Below are positions 9,719 to 18,238 of a DNA stretch of 32,000 nucleotides, piece by piece. The translations under genes and the position numbers were made by a program. The stretch's first letter is position 1. The number at the start of each line of letters is the position of its first letter. The notes beneath the pieces were generated by a model. It was given only the letters and a program-made list of their open reading frames with translations, searched no databases and was not told the origin of the DNA. This DNA is from Methanoregula sp. (GTDB taxonomy: Archaea; Halobacteriota; Methanomicrobia; Methanomicrobiales; Methanospirillaceae), in contig NZ_PMZU01000042.1 of assembly GCF_003170075.1 (NCBI RefSeq), positions 10,655 through 42,654 of the forward strand, written 5' to 3'.

Positions 9719-10558
9719 ATGGGCATTGCAGGATTTTTCAGCATTATCCGGCCGGCAAACTCGGTTGTCGCCGGGCTTGCGGCTGTCGTCGCATACCTTA
9801 TTGCCACCGGCACGCTTGTGCCCGGTGTCATCCTGCTCATGGCCGTTGTTACCCTTATTACCGCCGCCGGGAACGTGATCAACGATTATTTCGATGCGGA
9901 GATCGATGCGATCAACCGCCCGGAGCGTCCCATCCCATCTGGCACGGTAAGCCGGAATTCCGCCCTGGTGTACGCAGGGGTCCTGTTTTTACTGGGTATC
10001 CTGATCAGCGCGTTTACTGTGCCGCTCTGCCTGGCAATCGCCCTCTTTAATGCCTTCCTCCTGGTCGCCTACGCGGCCCGGCTCAAGAGCACGCCGTTTT
10101 TTGGGAATGCCGCCGTCTCGTATCTCGCGGCAAGCATCTTCCTCTTTGGCGGGGCGCTTGCCGGAGGGAACCGACTGCTGGACATGCTGCCGGTTGCCAC
10201 CATCGCGTTCCTTGCCATGCTGGCCCGGGAACTCTTGAAGGATGCCGAGGACATTGACGGGGACCGTGCCGGGGGTGCCGATACCCTGCCCATCCGGATC
10301 GGCGTACAAAAGACTGCCCTCCTCGCATTTGTCTTTGCGATTGCGGCCGTTGCGGCAAGCGTGCTGCCCTATCTCTGGTGGGGGATGTGGTATCTCGCCG
10401 GCATCGCCCTTGTCGACATCATCGTCATCATTGCCGCGTTCAGTGCGCTCGGCTGCACGGATCCCGACCGGCTCAAAGCGGCCGGATCGACCGGCCTTCT
10501 CAAGATCGGGATGTTCGCCTCCCTTGTGGTATTCACGCTGTCAGCCGTGTACCTGTGA
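9719..10558 (+). CDS. UbiA-family prenyltransferase, probable (S)-2,3-di-O-geranylgeranylglyceryl phosphate synthase
   Basis: IRPANSVVAGLAAVVAYLIATG, NVINDYFDAEIDAINRPERPIPSG, LARELLKDAEDIDGDRAGGADTLP. Confidence 0.88.
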   Translation: MGIAGFFSIIRPANSVVAGLAAVVAYLIATGTLVPGVILLMAVVTLITAAGNVINDYFDAEIDAINRPERPIPSGTVSRNSALVYAGVLFLLGILISAFTVPLCLAIALFNAFLLVAYAARLKSTPFFGNAAVSYLAASIFLFGGALAGGNRLLDMLPVATIAFLAMLARELLKDAEDIDGDRAGGADTLPIRIGVQKTALLAFVFAIAAVAASVLPYLWWGMWYLAGIALVDIIVIIAAFSALGCTDPDRLKAAGSTGLLKIGMFASLVVFTLSAVYL

Positions 10559-10626
10559 AGTACCGCCACAACAGGGGACAACAACCTTTATGCACAAGGT
10601 CATGCCTCATCTACCTTGATATTCCC

Positions 10627-11040
10627 ATGGCAAACGTCATCCGGAAAGGCAGCACGTATTATGCCCCCAAAGGGTCGTATTACGAAGGCAATGTCAGAAT
10701 TGATGGCGATTTTATCGTTCCCGCGAGGACCCATTTCTGGGGGCGACTTGTCGTGACCGGGAGGCTTGAACTGGGGATGAAGTCAAGTGTTGCCCTTGAC
10801 GTGGAATGCAGGAGCGCGATCATCGGGAGCCATGCCCGGGTCAAGGGCCCCCTCGTTGCATCCGACGATGTTATCCTCCTCGATCACTGCGTAGTCTATT
10901 CGGTACAGGCCGGTGGCAAGGTCATCATCAGGCCCGACGTCCATGTAGGCGACGTAACCAGCAGCGATGCGATCGTTGTTCACGGCAAAATAAAAAGCGG
11001 GAAATTAACCGGCAAGAGCATGAAGGTCATCGGGAACTGA
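10627..11040 (+). CDS. Polymer-forming (bactofilin-like) beta-helix protein
   Basis: MANVIRKGSTYYAPKGSYYEGNVRIDGDFIVPARTHFWGRLVVTGRLELG..., short beta-helix-like repeats. Confidence 0.6.
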   Translation: MANVIRKGSTYYAPKGSYYEGNVRIDGDFIVPARTHFWGRLVVTGRLELGMKSSVALDVECRSAIIGSHARVKGPLVASDDVILLDHCVVYSVQAGGKVIIRPDVHVGDVTSSDAIVVHGKIKSGKLTGKSMKVIGN

Positions 11041-11706
11041 TGCCGGATCGAGTCCCAGCGTTGCAACGTCATAGATATCCTGCCAGTTGACCAGCGTTTC
11101 CACGCACCCTTCCTTTAAGGTCACCACGCCCATCGCAATCAGGCCGATCTTATCGGCCATGTCCACCCCTTCTTTTACCTCTGCCAAGCATCCGACGCCG
11201 ATGATCGCCTTCGGGTGGTATTTTTTAACCATCCGTTTGATAAACGACGATCCCGGTATAATGAAGACCCGGTATCCCATTTTTTCCAGAAGGAGCCGGG
11301 CCTCACCCACCGTACACTGCCCGCAGTTCACGCATTTGAGCCCCTCTGGGGTAAGGTGGGCCGGGCACTTTGCGGATCTCAGGCACTGGGGGACAAAGAC
11401 CGCCCGTTCGGTCAGGGGAACACGGGAAAATTCATTCGCGTTCATCGTGTTGTGGATCTTGATTAAAAACGTGAGCATCTCCTTGTCTTCGAGGCCGAGA
11501 AGACGGAAGAACCCTTTCATGAATCCTTCAAGAAAAACGATACCTGCCTTGATGAGCCGGGGGCAGTACAGGCGCCCTTTTCTTATCGAGTAAAGGGAGA
11601 TGATGACAAGGACAAACGATACGAGGATTGCCCCGAGAACAAAAATAACGGTCGCTTCCCCTATGATATACACAGCGCTGTGCCAGGGGCTGAGATCGAA
11701 TGCCAT
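11005..11706 (-). CDS. DUF116 domain-containing membrane protein
   Basis: MAFDLSPWHSAVYIIGEAT..., Cys-containing FVPQCLRSAKCPAHLTPEGLKCVNCGQC, GCLAEVKEG; 3' end overlaps the 3' end of the preceding + strand CDS by 36 bp. Confidence 0.8.
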   Translation of the reverse strand: MAFDLSPWHSAVYIIGEATVIFVLGAILVSFVLVIISLYSIRKGRLYCPRLIKAGIVFLEGFMKGFFRLLGLEDKEMLTFLIKIHNTMNANEFSRVPLTERAVFVPQCLRSAKCPAHLTPEGLKCVNCGQCTVGEARLLLEKMGYRVFIIPGSSFIKRMVKKYHPKAIIGVGCLAEVKEGVDMADKIGLIAMGVVTLKEGCVETLVNWQDIYDVATLGLDPASVPDDLHALAG

Positions 11707-11719
11707 GAGAGGTGTCCTT

Positions 11720-12766
11720 TTATGGTTCGTTATTGGATGCAGTGCGTGATAAGAGTGCGCTGATATTGAACGGCGGCCGGACGACGCCCCGTTCGGTGAT
11801 AATCGCGCTGATGAGTTCCATGGGAGTTGCATCGAACGCGAAGTTCTTCACCGGCACGCCGTCCGGGATCAGGGTCCGGTTTCCCATAACCGCGAGTTCC
11901 TCGCGCCCCCGCTCCTCGAGAGGGACTTCCTGCTCTGTCCGGGTGGCATCGAAGGTGGAGAGCGGGGCGGCGACGTAGAACGGGATGTCGTGGTGAGAGG
12001 CGCAGACGGCATGCATGTAGGTGCCGATCTTGTTGAAGACCGCATCTCCCGTGATCCGGTCAGCCCCGACAATCACAGCGTCGATTTTCCCGGTGCGCAT
12101 GATATGCGCCGCTGTGGAATCGGTGATAACCGTGACATCGATCCCGTCCCGGGCAAGTTCCCACGCGGTGAGCCGGGCGCCCTGAAAGAGCGGCCGGGTC
12201 TCGCAGGCGATCACCTTTACTTGTTTCCCTGCCTCCACCGCAGAACGAATCACGCCGAGCGCCGTACCCCACGAGGAGCAGGCGAGTGCTCCTGCGTTGC
12301 AGTGCGTAAGCACAGTGCATTGATCGGAGAGAAGTGCTGCCCCGTAGTTACCGATGGCATGGCAGCAACGGGGATCCTCAATGGCAATTGCCCGGGCTTC
12401 GGCAAGTGCGGCAGTTTTGGCAGAATCCGTTGCGGCCAGAAACCGGGCGAGCACCCGGTCGACCCCCCAACTGAGGTTGACTGCGGTCGGGCGGCTCTCC
12501 CGGATGCGCCCGGCCTCGTGCCGTACCGCCCGGACAAACGCGTCAGACGATGCGCCGGTACAGGTAATTGCCGCAAGGGCGACCCCGTAGCCACCGGCAA
12601 CCCCGAGCGCCGGTGCGCCCCGGATCTCCAGCCGTTTGATAGCGGTGATCAGCCGGTCGACCGTGGTGCATTCTGCAATAACATACTGCGTGGGAAGCAG
12701 TGTCTGGTCAATGAACCGGATCCCCGCAAGCGTATCGTCCCACCAGAGCGTGGTTATCTCCTTCAC
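11720..12766 (-). CDS. mtnA: S-methyl-5-thioribose-1-phosphate isomerase (MtnA; eIF2B-related)
   Basis: LPTQYVIAECTTVDRLITAIKRLEIRGAPALGVAGGYG, THCNAGALACSSWGTALGVIRSA, ETRPLFQGARLTAWEL, IVGADRITGDAVFNKIGTY. Confidence 0.9.
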   Translation of the reverse strand: MKEITTLWWDDTLAGIRFIDQTLLPTQYVIAECTTVDRLITAIKRLEIRGAPALGVAGGYGVALAAITCTGASSDAFVRAVRHEAGRIRESRPTAVNLSWGVDRVLARFLAATDSAKTAALAEARAIAIEDPRCCHAIGNYGAALLSDQCTVLTHCNAGALACSSWGTALGVIRSAVEAGKQVKVIACETRPLFQGARLTAWELARDGIDVTVITDSTAAHIMRTGKIDAVIVGADRITGDAVFNKIGTYMHAVCASHHDIPFYVAAPLSTFDATRTEQEVPLEERGREELAVMGNRTLIPDGVPVKNFAFDATPMELISAIITERGVVRPPFNISALLSRTASNNEP

Positions 12767-14064
12767 CGGGATCGCGCCCTTGCTACCGTAGTTTTTTTCG
12801 TGTCAATAAACGCCCGCATCGCCGCCGATTCGCCCGAGGCTACGCTGTCGGGGATATCCTTTGGGGCAATCGCGGTACCTGCCACGTAAATACCCGGCCT
12901 CATCGTGCCCACGGTATCCATCGCGTCGTGCACTGACCGGATAAACCCGGTCTCTTCAAGCTGGAGGCCGAGTTTTCCGGCGAGCGCAGCGGTCGCATCC
13001 GTGGGCTGGATGCCCACCGAGAGCACGACAAGGCCCGGGTGGAGGATCTGCACCTCCCCGGTCTCGGTGTTCTCTACCTGGAACCGCAGGCTGCTACTGT
13101 TTTTGTCGGCAAGCACATCGGAGGGCATCCCCCGCACGAACCGGACACCGACGCCCTTTGCCCGCTCGTAGTACTCCTCATAACCCTTGCCGTAGGAACG
13201 GACGTCCATGTAGAAGATGGTCACCTCGATCTCCGGGTGTTTTTCCCTGATAAGCATCGCGTTTTTTATCGCCTGCATACAGCAGACGCAGGAGCAGTAA
13301 GGCCGGGAGAGGAGTATATCCCGTGAACCCACGCACTGGATAAAGACAATGCTTTCCGGCTCTTTTCCGTCACTTAAGCGTCGGATCTTCCCGCCGGTCG
13401 GGCCGCTCGCATTGATCATCCGCTCGAGTTCGAGGCTGGTAACCACATCGGGGAATTGCAGGTACCCGAGCGGGGACTTTTTCCGGGCATCGAAGACCTC
13501 GTAACCGGTGGAAACGACAATACTTGCGGCCTCGATAACGAATTCCTTTTCCGCATCCTCGTGCAGGATCGCCTGCGGTCCGCAGATATCGAAGCAGAGC
13601 CCGCACTCGATACAGTGCTCCTTGTCCTTAACCACCCGGTCGGGAACCGCCTGGGGATGGGGTTTGTAGATTGCCTTCCGGACACCCACTCCCGCATCGA
13701 ACCGGTTGTAGACCTCGACCGGGCAGATCTCGATACAATCGCCGCAGCCGGTGCAGGCATCCGTGTCGATGTAGCGCGGGTGCTCGCGGATGGTAACCCG
13801 GAAGTGCCCGGCCTCGCCTTCGACTTTTTCCACTTCTGAAAGGGTATGGATCCGGATATTTGCGTGCCGCTGGACATCCACCATTTTCGGTGAGAGGATG
13901 CACATGGAGCAGTCGTTTGTCGGAAACGTCTTGTCGAGCTGCGCCATGTGGCCGCCGATGGTGGGCTCCCTTTCTACCAGGTGCACGATAACACCGTGGT
14001 TTGCGAGATCGAGCGCTGCCTGGATACCGCTAATCCCGGCCCCGATGATGACAACGTTACCCAT
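12763..14064 (-). CDS. Short HdrA-like iron-sulfur flavoprotein (heterodisulfide reductase subunit A family)
   Basis: NAD/FAD motif VVIIGAGISGIQAALDLA, GGHMAQLDKTFPTNDCSMCILSPKMVDV, two ferredoxin motifs CTGCGDCIEICP and CIECGLCFDICGP, CVGSRD...YCSCVCCMQAIKNA. Confidence 0.88.
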   Translation of the reverse strand: MGNVVIIGAGISGIQAALDLANHGVIVHLVEREPTIGGHMAQLDKTFPTNDCSMCILSPKMVDVQRHANIRIHTLSEVEKVEGEAGHFRVTIREHPRYIDTDACTGCGDCIEICPVEVYNRFDAGVGVRKAIYKPHPQAVPDRVVKDKEHCIECGLCFDICGPQAILHEDAEKEFVIEAASIVVSTGYEVFDARKKSPLGYLQFPDVVTSLELERMINASGPTGGKIRRLSDGKEPESIVFIQCVGSRDILLSRPYCSCVCCMQAIKNAMLIREKHPEIEVTIFYMDVRSYGKGYEEYYERAKGVGVRFVRGMPSDVLADKNSSSLRFQVENTETGEVQILHPGLVVLSVGIQPTDATAALAGKLGLQLEETGFIRSVHDAMDTVGTMRPGIYVAGTAIAPKDIPDSVASGESAAMRAFIDTKKTTVARARSR

Positions 14065-14551
14065 GGACATATTCCCCGGCGAGCCTGACGTAAGACTGCG
14101 CATTTTCAAGGGTGTGCGCACGCTGGGCAGGGGTGGTCTCCTTGAGCACCCTTGCCGGGATCCCGAGCACGACCGATCCGGGCGGGACCTGCATGCCTTC
14201 GGTGACAACGGCCCCTGCACCGATCAGGGAATCCTCCTCTACCAGTGCGCCATTTAACACGATCGCGCCCATCCCGACCAGCACCCGGTCGCCGATGGTG
14301 CAGCCGTGGAGGATCGCCCCGTGCCCCACGGATACATCGTTCCCGAGTATGGTGGGGAAACCCTTGCTTGTGTGGATGACGCAGTTGTCCTGGATGTTCG
14401 TCCGGTCTCCGATGGTGATCCTGTCCTTGTCGGCCCGGATAACCGCACCAAACCAGATGCCCACATCTTTTCCGAAGGTGACGTTTCCCACCACCGTTGT
14501 ATTGGATGCAGCAAACAGCGGTGTGCCAGCGATCTTCCTATCCATACCCAT
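14057..14551 (-). CDS. Gamma-carbonic anhydrase-like / hexapeptide-repeat protein
   Basis: VVGNVTFGKDVGIWFGAVIRADKDRITIGDRTNIQDNCVIHTSKGFPTILGNDVSVGHGAILHGCTIGDRVLVGMGAIVLNGA. Confidence 0.88.
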   Translation of the reverse strand: MGMDRKIAGTPLFAASNTTVVGNVTFGKDVGIWFGAVIRADKDRITIGDRTNIQDNCVIHTSKGFPTILGNDVSVGHGAILHGCTIGDRVLVGMGAIVLNGALVEEDSLIGAGAVVTEGMQVPPGSVVLGIPARVLKETTPAQRAHTLENAQSYVRLAGEYVHG

Positions 14552-14581
14552 AATACTATAGGAACTTAACGTACAGACAGC

Positions 14582-15079
14582 ATGAAGGTTATGGTAGGGG
14601 GCACCTTTGACCCGCTTCACGACGGCCATAAACGGCTCCTGACACGGTCGTTTGCTTTGGCCGGGCCTGAGGGGCAAGTCGTGGTTGGGCTGACGACGGA
14701 CGCTTTTGCCAGAAGAAAAACACACCCGATTCATCCTTTTTCCGAGCGCAAAGCCGACCTTGAGAAGTTTATCACCGAAAGCATCGCCACAAACGCCGCA
14801 GGGAACAAGTATACGACGCACTGGGAGGTCGAGCCGCTCAGCGACCGGTTCGGCTCGGCGCTCGATGCAGATTTCGATGCGATTGTCGTCTCTGAAGAGA
14901 CGCTTCCGGTCGCTGTCGAGATCAACCGGATGCGGCGCGAAAGGAAATTACGCAAGGTGGATATCCACCAGATCACTTGTGTGCTCGCCGAGGACGGCCG
15001 CTGGATCTCGTCCACTCGTATATGGCGCGGCGAGATCGACGTCCATGGCCACTTGATCCCTACGGCAAAATCCGGATAA
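14582..15079 (+). CDS. coaD: Pantetheine-phosphate adenylyltransferase (archaeal type)
   Basis: MKVMVGGTFDPLHDGHKRLLTRSF, nucleotidyltransferase HxGH-like motif. Confidence 0.88.
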   Translation: MKVMVGGTFDPLHDGHKRLLTRSFALAGPEGQVVVGLTTDAFARRKTHPIHPFSERKADLEKFITESIATNAAGNKYTTHWEVEPLSDRFGSALDADFDAIVVSEETLPVAVEINRMRRERKLRKVDIHQITCVLAEDGRWISSTRIWRGEIDVHGHLIPTAKSG

Positions 15080-15135
15080 TAAAACACGGGAAAACAGGAT
15101 GCATCAGGGGCGGGCTATCCTGCACGGACACCCCG

Positions 15136-15630
15136 TCATATGATATAACTGGGCAGGTCTTTTGTAATGACTGAATCGCAGTAAAGGCAGCGCAGGCCTT
15201 TCCCGTCGGGGAGTACCTCGAACCTACTCTTGATCGGCTCGTTTGTCCGGGTGATGCAACCGGGGTTCGGGCACCTTACGCTTCCCACAATCATCGTCGG
15301 GATCTCGACGCCCTGTTTTTCGCAGACCTTGAAGTTCCTGATAATATTGATGGTTGCCCGGGGGGAGATAAGCGCGATCCTGTCCACCTCTTCTTTTGAG
15401 AGCTCCCTGTTGGAGATCTTGACAATGTCCTTTTTGCCCATGTTCCGGCTGGGGACATTGGTCGCGATCGAGAGCGCCTCCGGGGTCGTTCCGACGATTC
15501 CGAGGATTTTTATCACATTGAGCGCCTCGCCACCGTCAATGTGATCGATCACGGTACCGTTTTTGATCCTCCGTACAAGGAGGCCCTCACCCTCGTCATC
15601 GCCGGTCTCTGCGGGTACGATGCGTTTCAT
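15136..15630 (-). CDS. pyrI: Aspartate carbamoyltransferase regulatory subunit
   Basis: IKNGTVIDHIDGGEALNVIKILG, zinc site CPNPGCITR...CLYCDSVI. Confidence 0.95.
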   Translation of the reverse strand: MKRIVPAETGDDEGEGLLVRRIKNGTVIDHIDGGEALNVIKILGIVGTTPEALSIATNVPSRNMGKKDIVKISNRELSKEEVDRIALISPRATINIIRNFKVCEKQGVEIPTMIVGSVRCPNPGCITRTNEPIKSRFEVLPDGKGLRCLYCDSVITKDLPSYII

Positions 15631-16565
15631 CCCATCACATCCAGCAGCATGGCCATCCGCACCGGCACGCCGTTTTTCGACTGCTCAAAGTACCGGGCAT
15701 GGGGCGAGGCATCGAGCCTTGGGTCGATCTCGTCCACCCTCGGGAGAGGGTGCAGGACGATCAGGTGCTTTTTTGCCCCGGCAAGGAGTTCGGGAGTGAT
15801 CCGGTAACTGGAGGCGACGTTGAAGTACGAGGCCGAGTCCGGGAACCGTTCCCGCTGGATCCTCGTGACGTAGAGGACGTCCACATCGTTAATTACCTCG
15901 GCGATATCGGTGTGCATGATGATCTCCATGCCTTTTTCCGCGAGACTTGCGGCAAGGGAGGGTGGCAGTTCGAGCCCGGGGGGAGAGATCGTGTGGAGCC
16001 GGACGCCATAGAGGGAGAGGGCGGAGGCAAGTGAGTGGGCCGTCCGCCCGTACCGCAGGTCTCCCACCAGCGCCACATCGATCCCATCGATCGGCATCGA
16101 ATGCCTGATGGTGTAGAGGTCAAGGAGCGTCTGGGACGGGTGCTGGCCGGCGCCGTCCCCGGCATTTATGACCGGCACTTTTGCAAACTCCGCAGCAAGC
16201 CGGGCCGCGCCCTCCTTGGGGTGGCGGATGACGATCGCGTCCGCGTACCCGCTTACCACCCGGATCGTATCGGCAAGAGTCTCGCCCTTTGACATCGAGC
16301 AGGCCTCGACACTGCTCACCGAGATGGAGGTGCCGCCGAGGCGCGCCATCGCGGCCTCAAAGGACATCCGTGTACGGGTACTGGGTTCAAAAAAGAGGAC
16401 GGCAAGAATTTTACCGTCGAGGGCATTTTTGTTATATTTCTTCTTCTCGATCTGTTGTGCATGATCCAGCAGACGATCGATTGCGCTGCGGTCAAAATCC
16501 CCGATGGAAATGATGTGATGCGTGGCAACTCCTCCCGCGCGAGCTCCTTTCAGGATTATATGCAC
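15627..16565 (-). CDS. pyrB: Aspartate carbamoyltransferase catalytic subunit
   Basis: FFEPSTRTRMSFEAAMARLGG, VINAGDGAGQHPSQTLLDLYTI, HPLPRVDEID; overlaps pyrI start. Confidence 0.95.
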   Translation of the reverse strand: MHIILKGARAGGVATHHIISIGDFDRSAIDRLLDHAQQIEKKKYNKNALDGKILAVLFFEPSTRTRMSFEAAMARLGGTSISVSSVEACSMSKGETLADTIRVVSGYADAIVIRHPKEGAARLAAEFAKVPVINAGDGAGQHPSQTLLDLYTIRHSMPIDGIDVALVGDLRYGRTAHSLASALSLYGVRLHTISPPGLELPPSLAASLAEKGMEIIMHTDIAEVINDVDVLYVTRIQRERFPDSASYFNVASSYRITPELLAGAKKHLIVLHPLPRVDEIDPRLDASPHARYFEQSKNGVPVRMAMLLDVMG

Positions 16566-16696
16566 ATCCAGACCTAATGTACCTATCTTCCAGAAAGCCG
16601 GTTTCCTGTATGAGAAGATCGTTTTTGATGTGGGTAAGAACGGGCATGCGATCCGGGAATAACCGAAAAAAAAATCATCTTTTTACACTGTATCTC

Positions 16697-17422
16697 TTAC
16701 TTCCTCGAAATCGTGATATACCCCGAATGACTGATACTCGTCGAAGGCCGGGTCCCCCGCTTCGACCGGGTCATCTCCCGCTCGATCAGCTCGTGGGTAT
16801 GAACTTCCGGGAACCGCTCCTGCGCCGCATCGACCACGATTGCCATCTGCTCCAAAAACGGCGTGTAACAGGCCATGTATCCCCCGGCCCGCAGGTGGTC
16901 GAACGCGAAGGCCACGTGCTCGGTTGCGATCTGCAGGTCGAGGTGGATCACGTCATAGATGCCTTCAGCGGTGAGGACATCTGCGGCAACCGCTTCCACG
17001 TTGTCGAGTTTTGCTTCCTTGATATTTTTCTGTGCCAGTGCGGAGAAGTCGGGCCTGACCTCGTAGGTCTTCACGTGCGCCGCGATCCCGCCAAAATAGA
17101 TCGCCGCGATCCCGCTGCCTGTCCCCGCATCGAGCACCTCGTCGTTCCGGTTCATGCCGGTATACGCGATCACGAGACCGATGTCTTTTGGGAGCATCGG
17201 GGCGCCTGAGCGCTTCCCGTGCACGAAAAAGTCCGTGGGCCGGGGGATGCGGAGCACGAACCTGGCCCCGGTGTGCGTGGTAAACACGTCACCGGCCGCT
17301 GCCCCGACAACCGGCCCGAGATCCAGCTGGCCCTTATCGGTCGAGAGCGTGCCCTGGCCCGCCCGGACAAAAAATTCTCTTCCCTCGCCAACCAACAGGA
17401 CGCGGTCCCCTGCCTCGATCAT
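16697..17422 (-). CDS. tRNA (adenine-N1)-methyltransferase (TrmI-like)
   Basis: PKDIGLVIAYTGMNRNDEVLDAGTGSGIAAIYFGGIAAHVKTYEVR, DVIHLDLQI. Confidence 0.85.
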   Translation of the reverse strand: MIEAGDRVLLVGEGREFFVRAGQGTLSTDKGQLDLGPVVGAAAGDVFTTHTGARFVLRIPRPTDFFVHGKRSGAPMLPKDIGLVIAYTGMNRNDEVLDAGTGSGIAAIYFGGIAAHVKTYEVRPDFSALAQKNIKEAKLDNVEAVAADVLTAEGIYDVIHLDLQIATEHVAFAFDHLRAGGYMACYTPFLEQMAIVVDAAQERFPEVHTHELIEREMTRSKRGTRPSTSISHSGYITISRK

Positions 17423-17769
17423 GGCGAGGAGAGTTTCACGATCGCTTCGGCGATATCGCCTTTTGTCGCGACAAGCGCTTCCTTGGCCTTCTCAATCGAA
17501 ACCTGCGCCTGCTCGGCGACCATCGCGACATCATCTGCGGGGATCTCGACGGCTGCCGGCTCAAAACGCGGCGTTCCCGTGACCTGGTAGGTCGTGACCC
17601 CCTGCATGGTCATCGAGCTCACTTCGGCGGAATCAAACGTGTATGTTCCCTTCGGTGTCTTGATCACGATACTCTGGACGTCTTCAATCGGCTCGACCTG
17701 CATGCCGAGCTTCTTCATCATCGCCTTCATCTGGCGCGGGTTGATGTTTCCCGGAAGCATTTTTTTCAC
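17419..17769 (-). CDS. nac: Nascent polypeptide-associated complex protein
   Basis: MLPGNINPRQMKAMMKKLGMQVEPIEDVQSIVIKTPKGTYTF plus C-terminal UBA-like segment; likely start 17760 or 17769. Confidence 0.92.
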   Translation of the reverse strand: MKKMLPGNINPRQMKAMMKKLGMQVEPIEDVQSIVIKTPKGTYTFDSAEVSSMTMQGVTTYQVTGTPRFEPAAVEIPADDVAMVAEQAQVSIEKAKEALVATKGDIAEAIVKLSSP

Positions 17770-18238
17770 TCCCTTGTCGTACTCTTACCGCTACACCGTA
17801 ATTAAATGCAAGCATCTCCGCGCCTGAAAGGAGCGCAGCGCCGCAGGCAATGAGCCGATCTCCACCTGCGACCACCAGCACGTCGTCCCCCGCGCGGATC
17901 TGCGGGTCCGCGGCGACCATGTGCTTTGCAAACGCATTTTTTCCCTGTGCCACAAACTCCGCGACATCGTCACGGATCACGACCCGGTAGCCGGGTGCAG
18001 GGAGGAGCGCGTGGAGCCGTCGTGCTCCCTCGATCCCGAGGGTGAGTCGGCCGTCCGATGCCCTGACGGTCGCAAGCCTCGTTCCGCCATAGATGATCTG
18101 GCGGATACGTCCCGTCGTCGAGAATAAAAACTCGCAGCCTTCGGGAAAGAGCCCGGTTCCTGCGAGGTTCCCGAACTGGTAATCAGCGATTGCCTGCACC
18201 CGCGCAAGCGAACTGTTCTCCGAGTATCCTGTTGACAC
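17684..18238 (-). CDS. PUA domain-containing protein
   Basis: DGRLTLGIEGARRLHALLPAPGYRVVIRDDVAEFVAQGKNAFAKHMVAADPQIRAGDDVLVVAGGDRLIACGAALLSGAEM; start uncertain (GTG 18238 or GTG 18199). Confidence 0.78.
   Translation of the reverse strand: MSTGYSENSSLARVQAIADYQFGNLAGTGLFPEGCEFLFSTTGRIRQIIYGGTRLATVRASDGRLTLGIEGARRLHALLPAPGYRVVIRDDVAEFVAQGKNAFAKHMVAADPQIRAGDDVLVVAGGDRLIACGAALLSGAEMLAFNYGVAVRVRQGSEKNASGKHQPAPDEGDDEEARHAGRAD

Noticed and set aside
11990-12889. 299-aa plus-strand ORF
   Set aside because: Antisense to mtnA and the HdrA-like gene.
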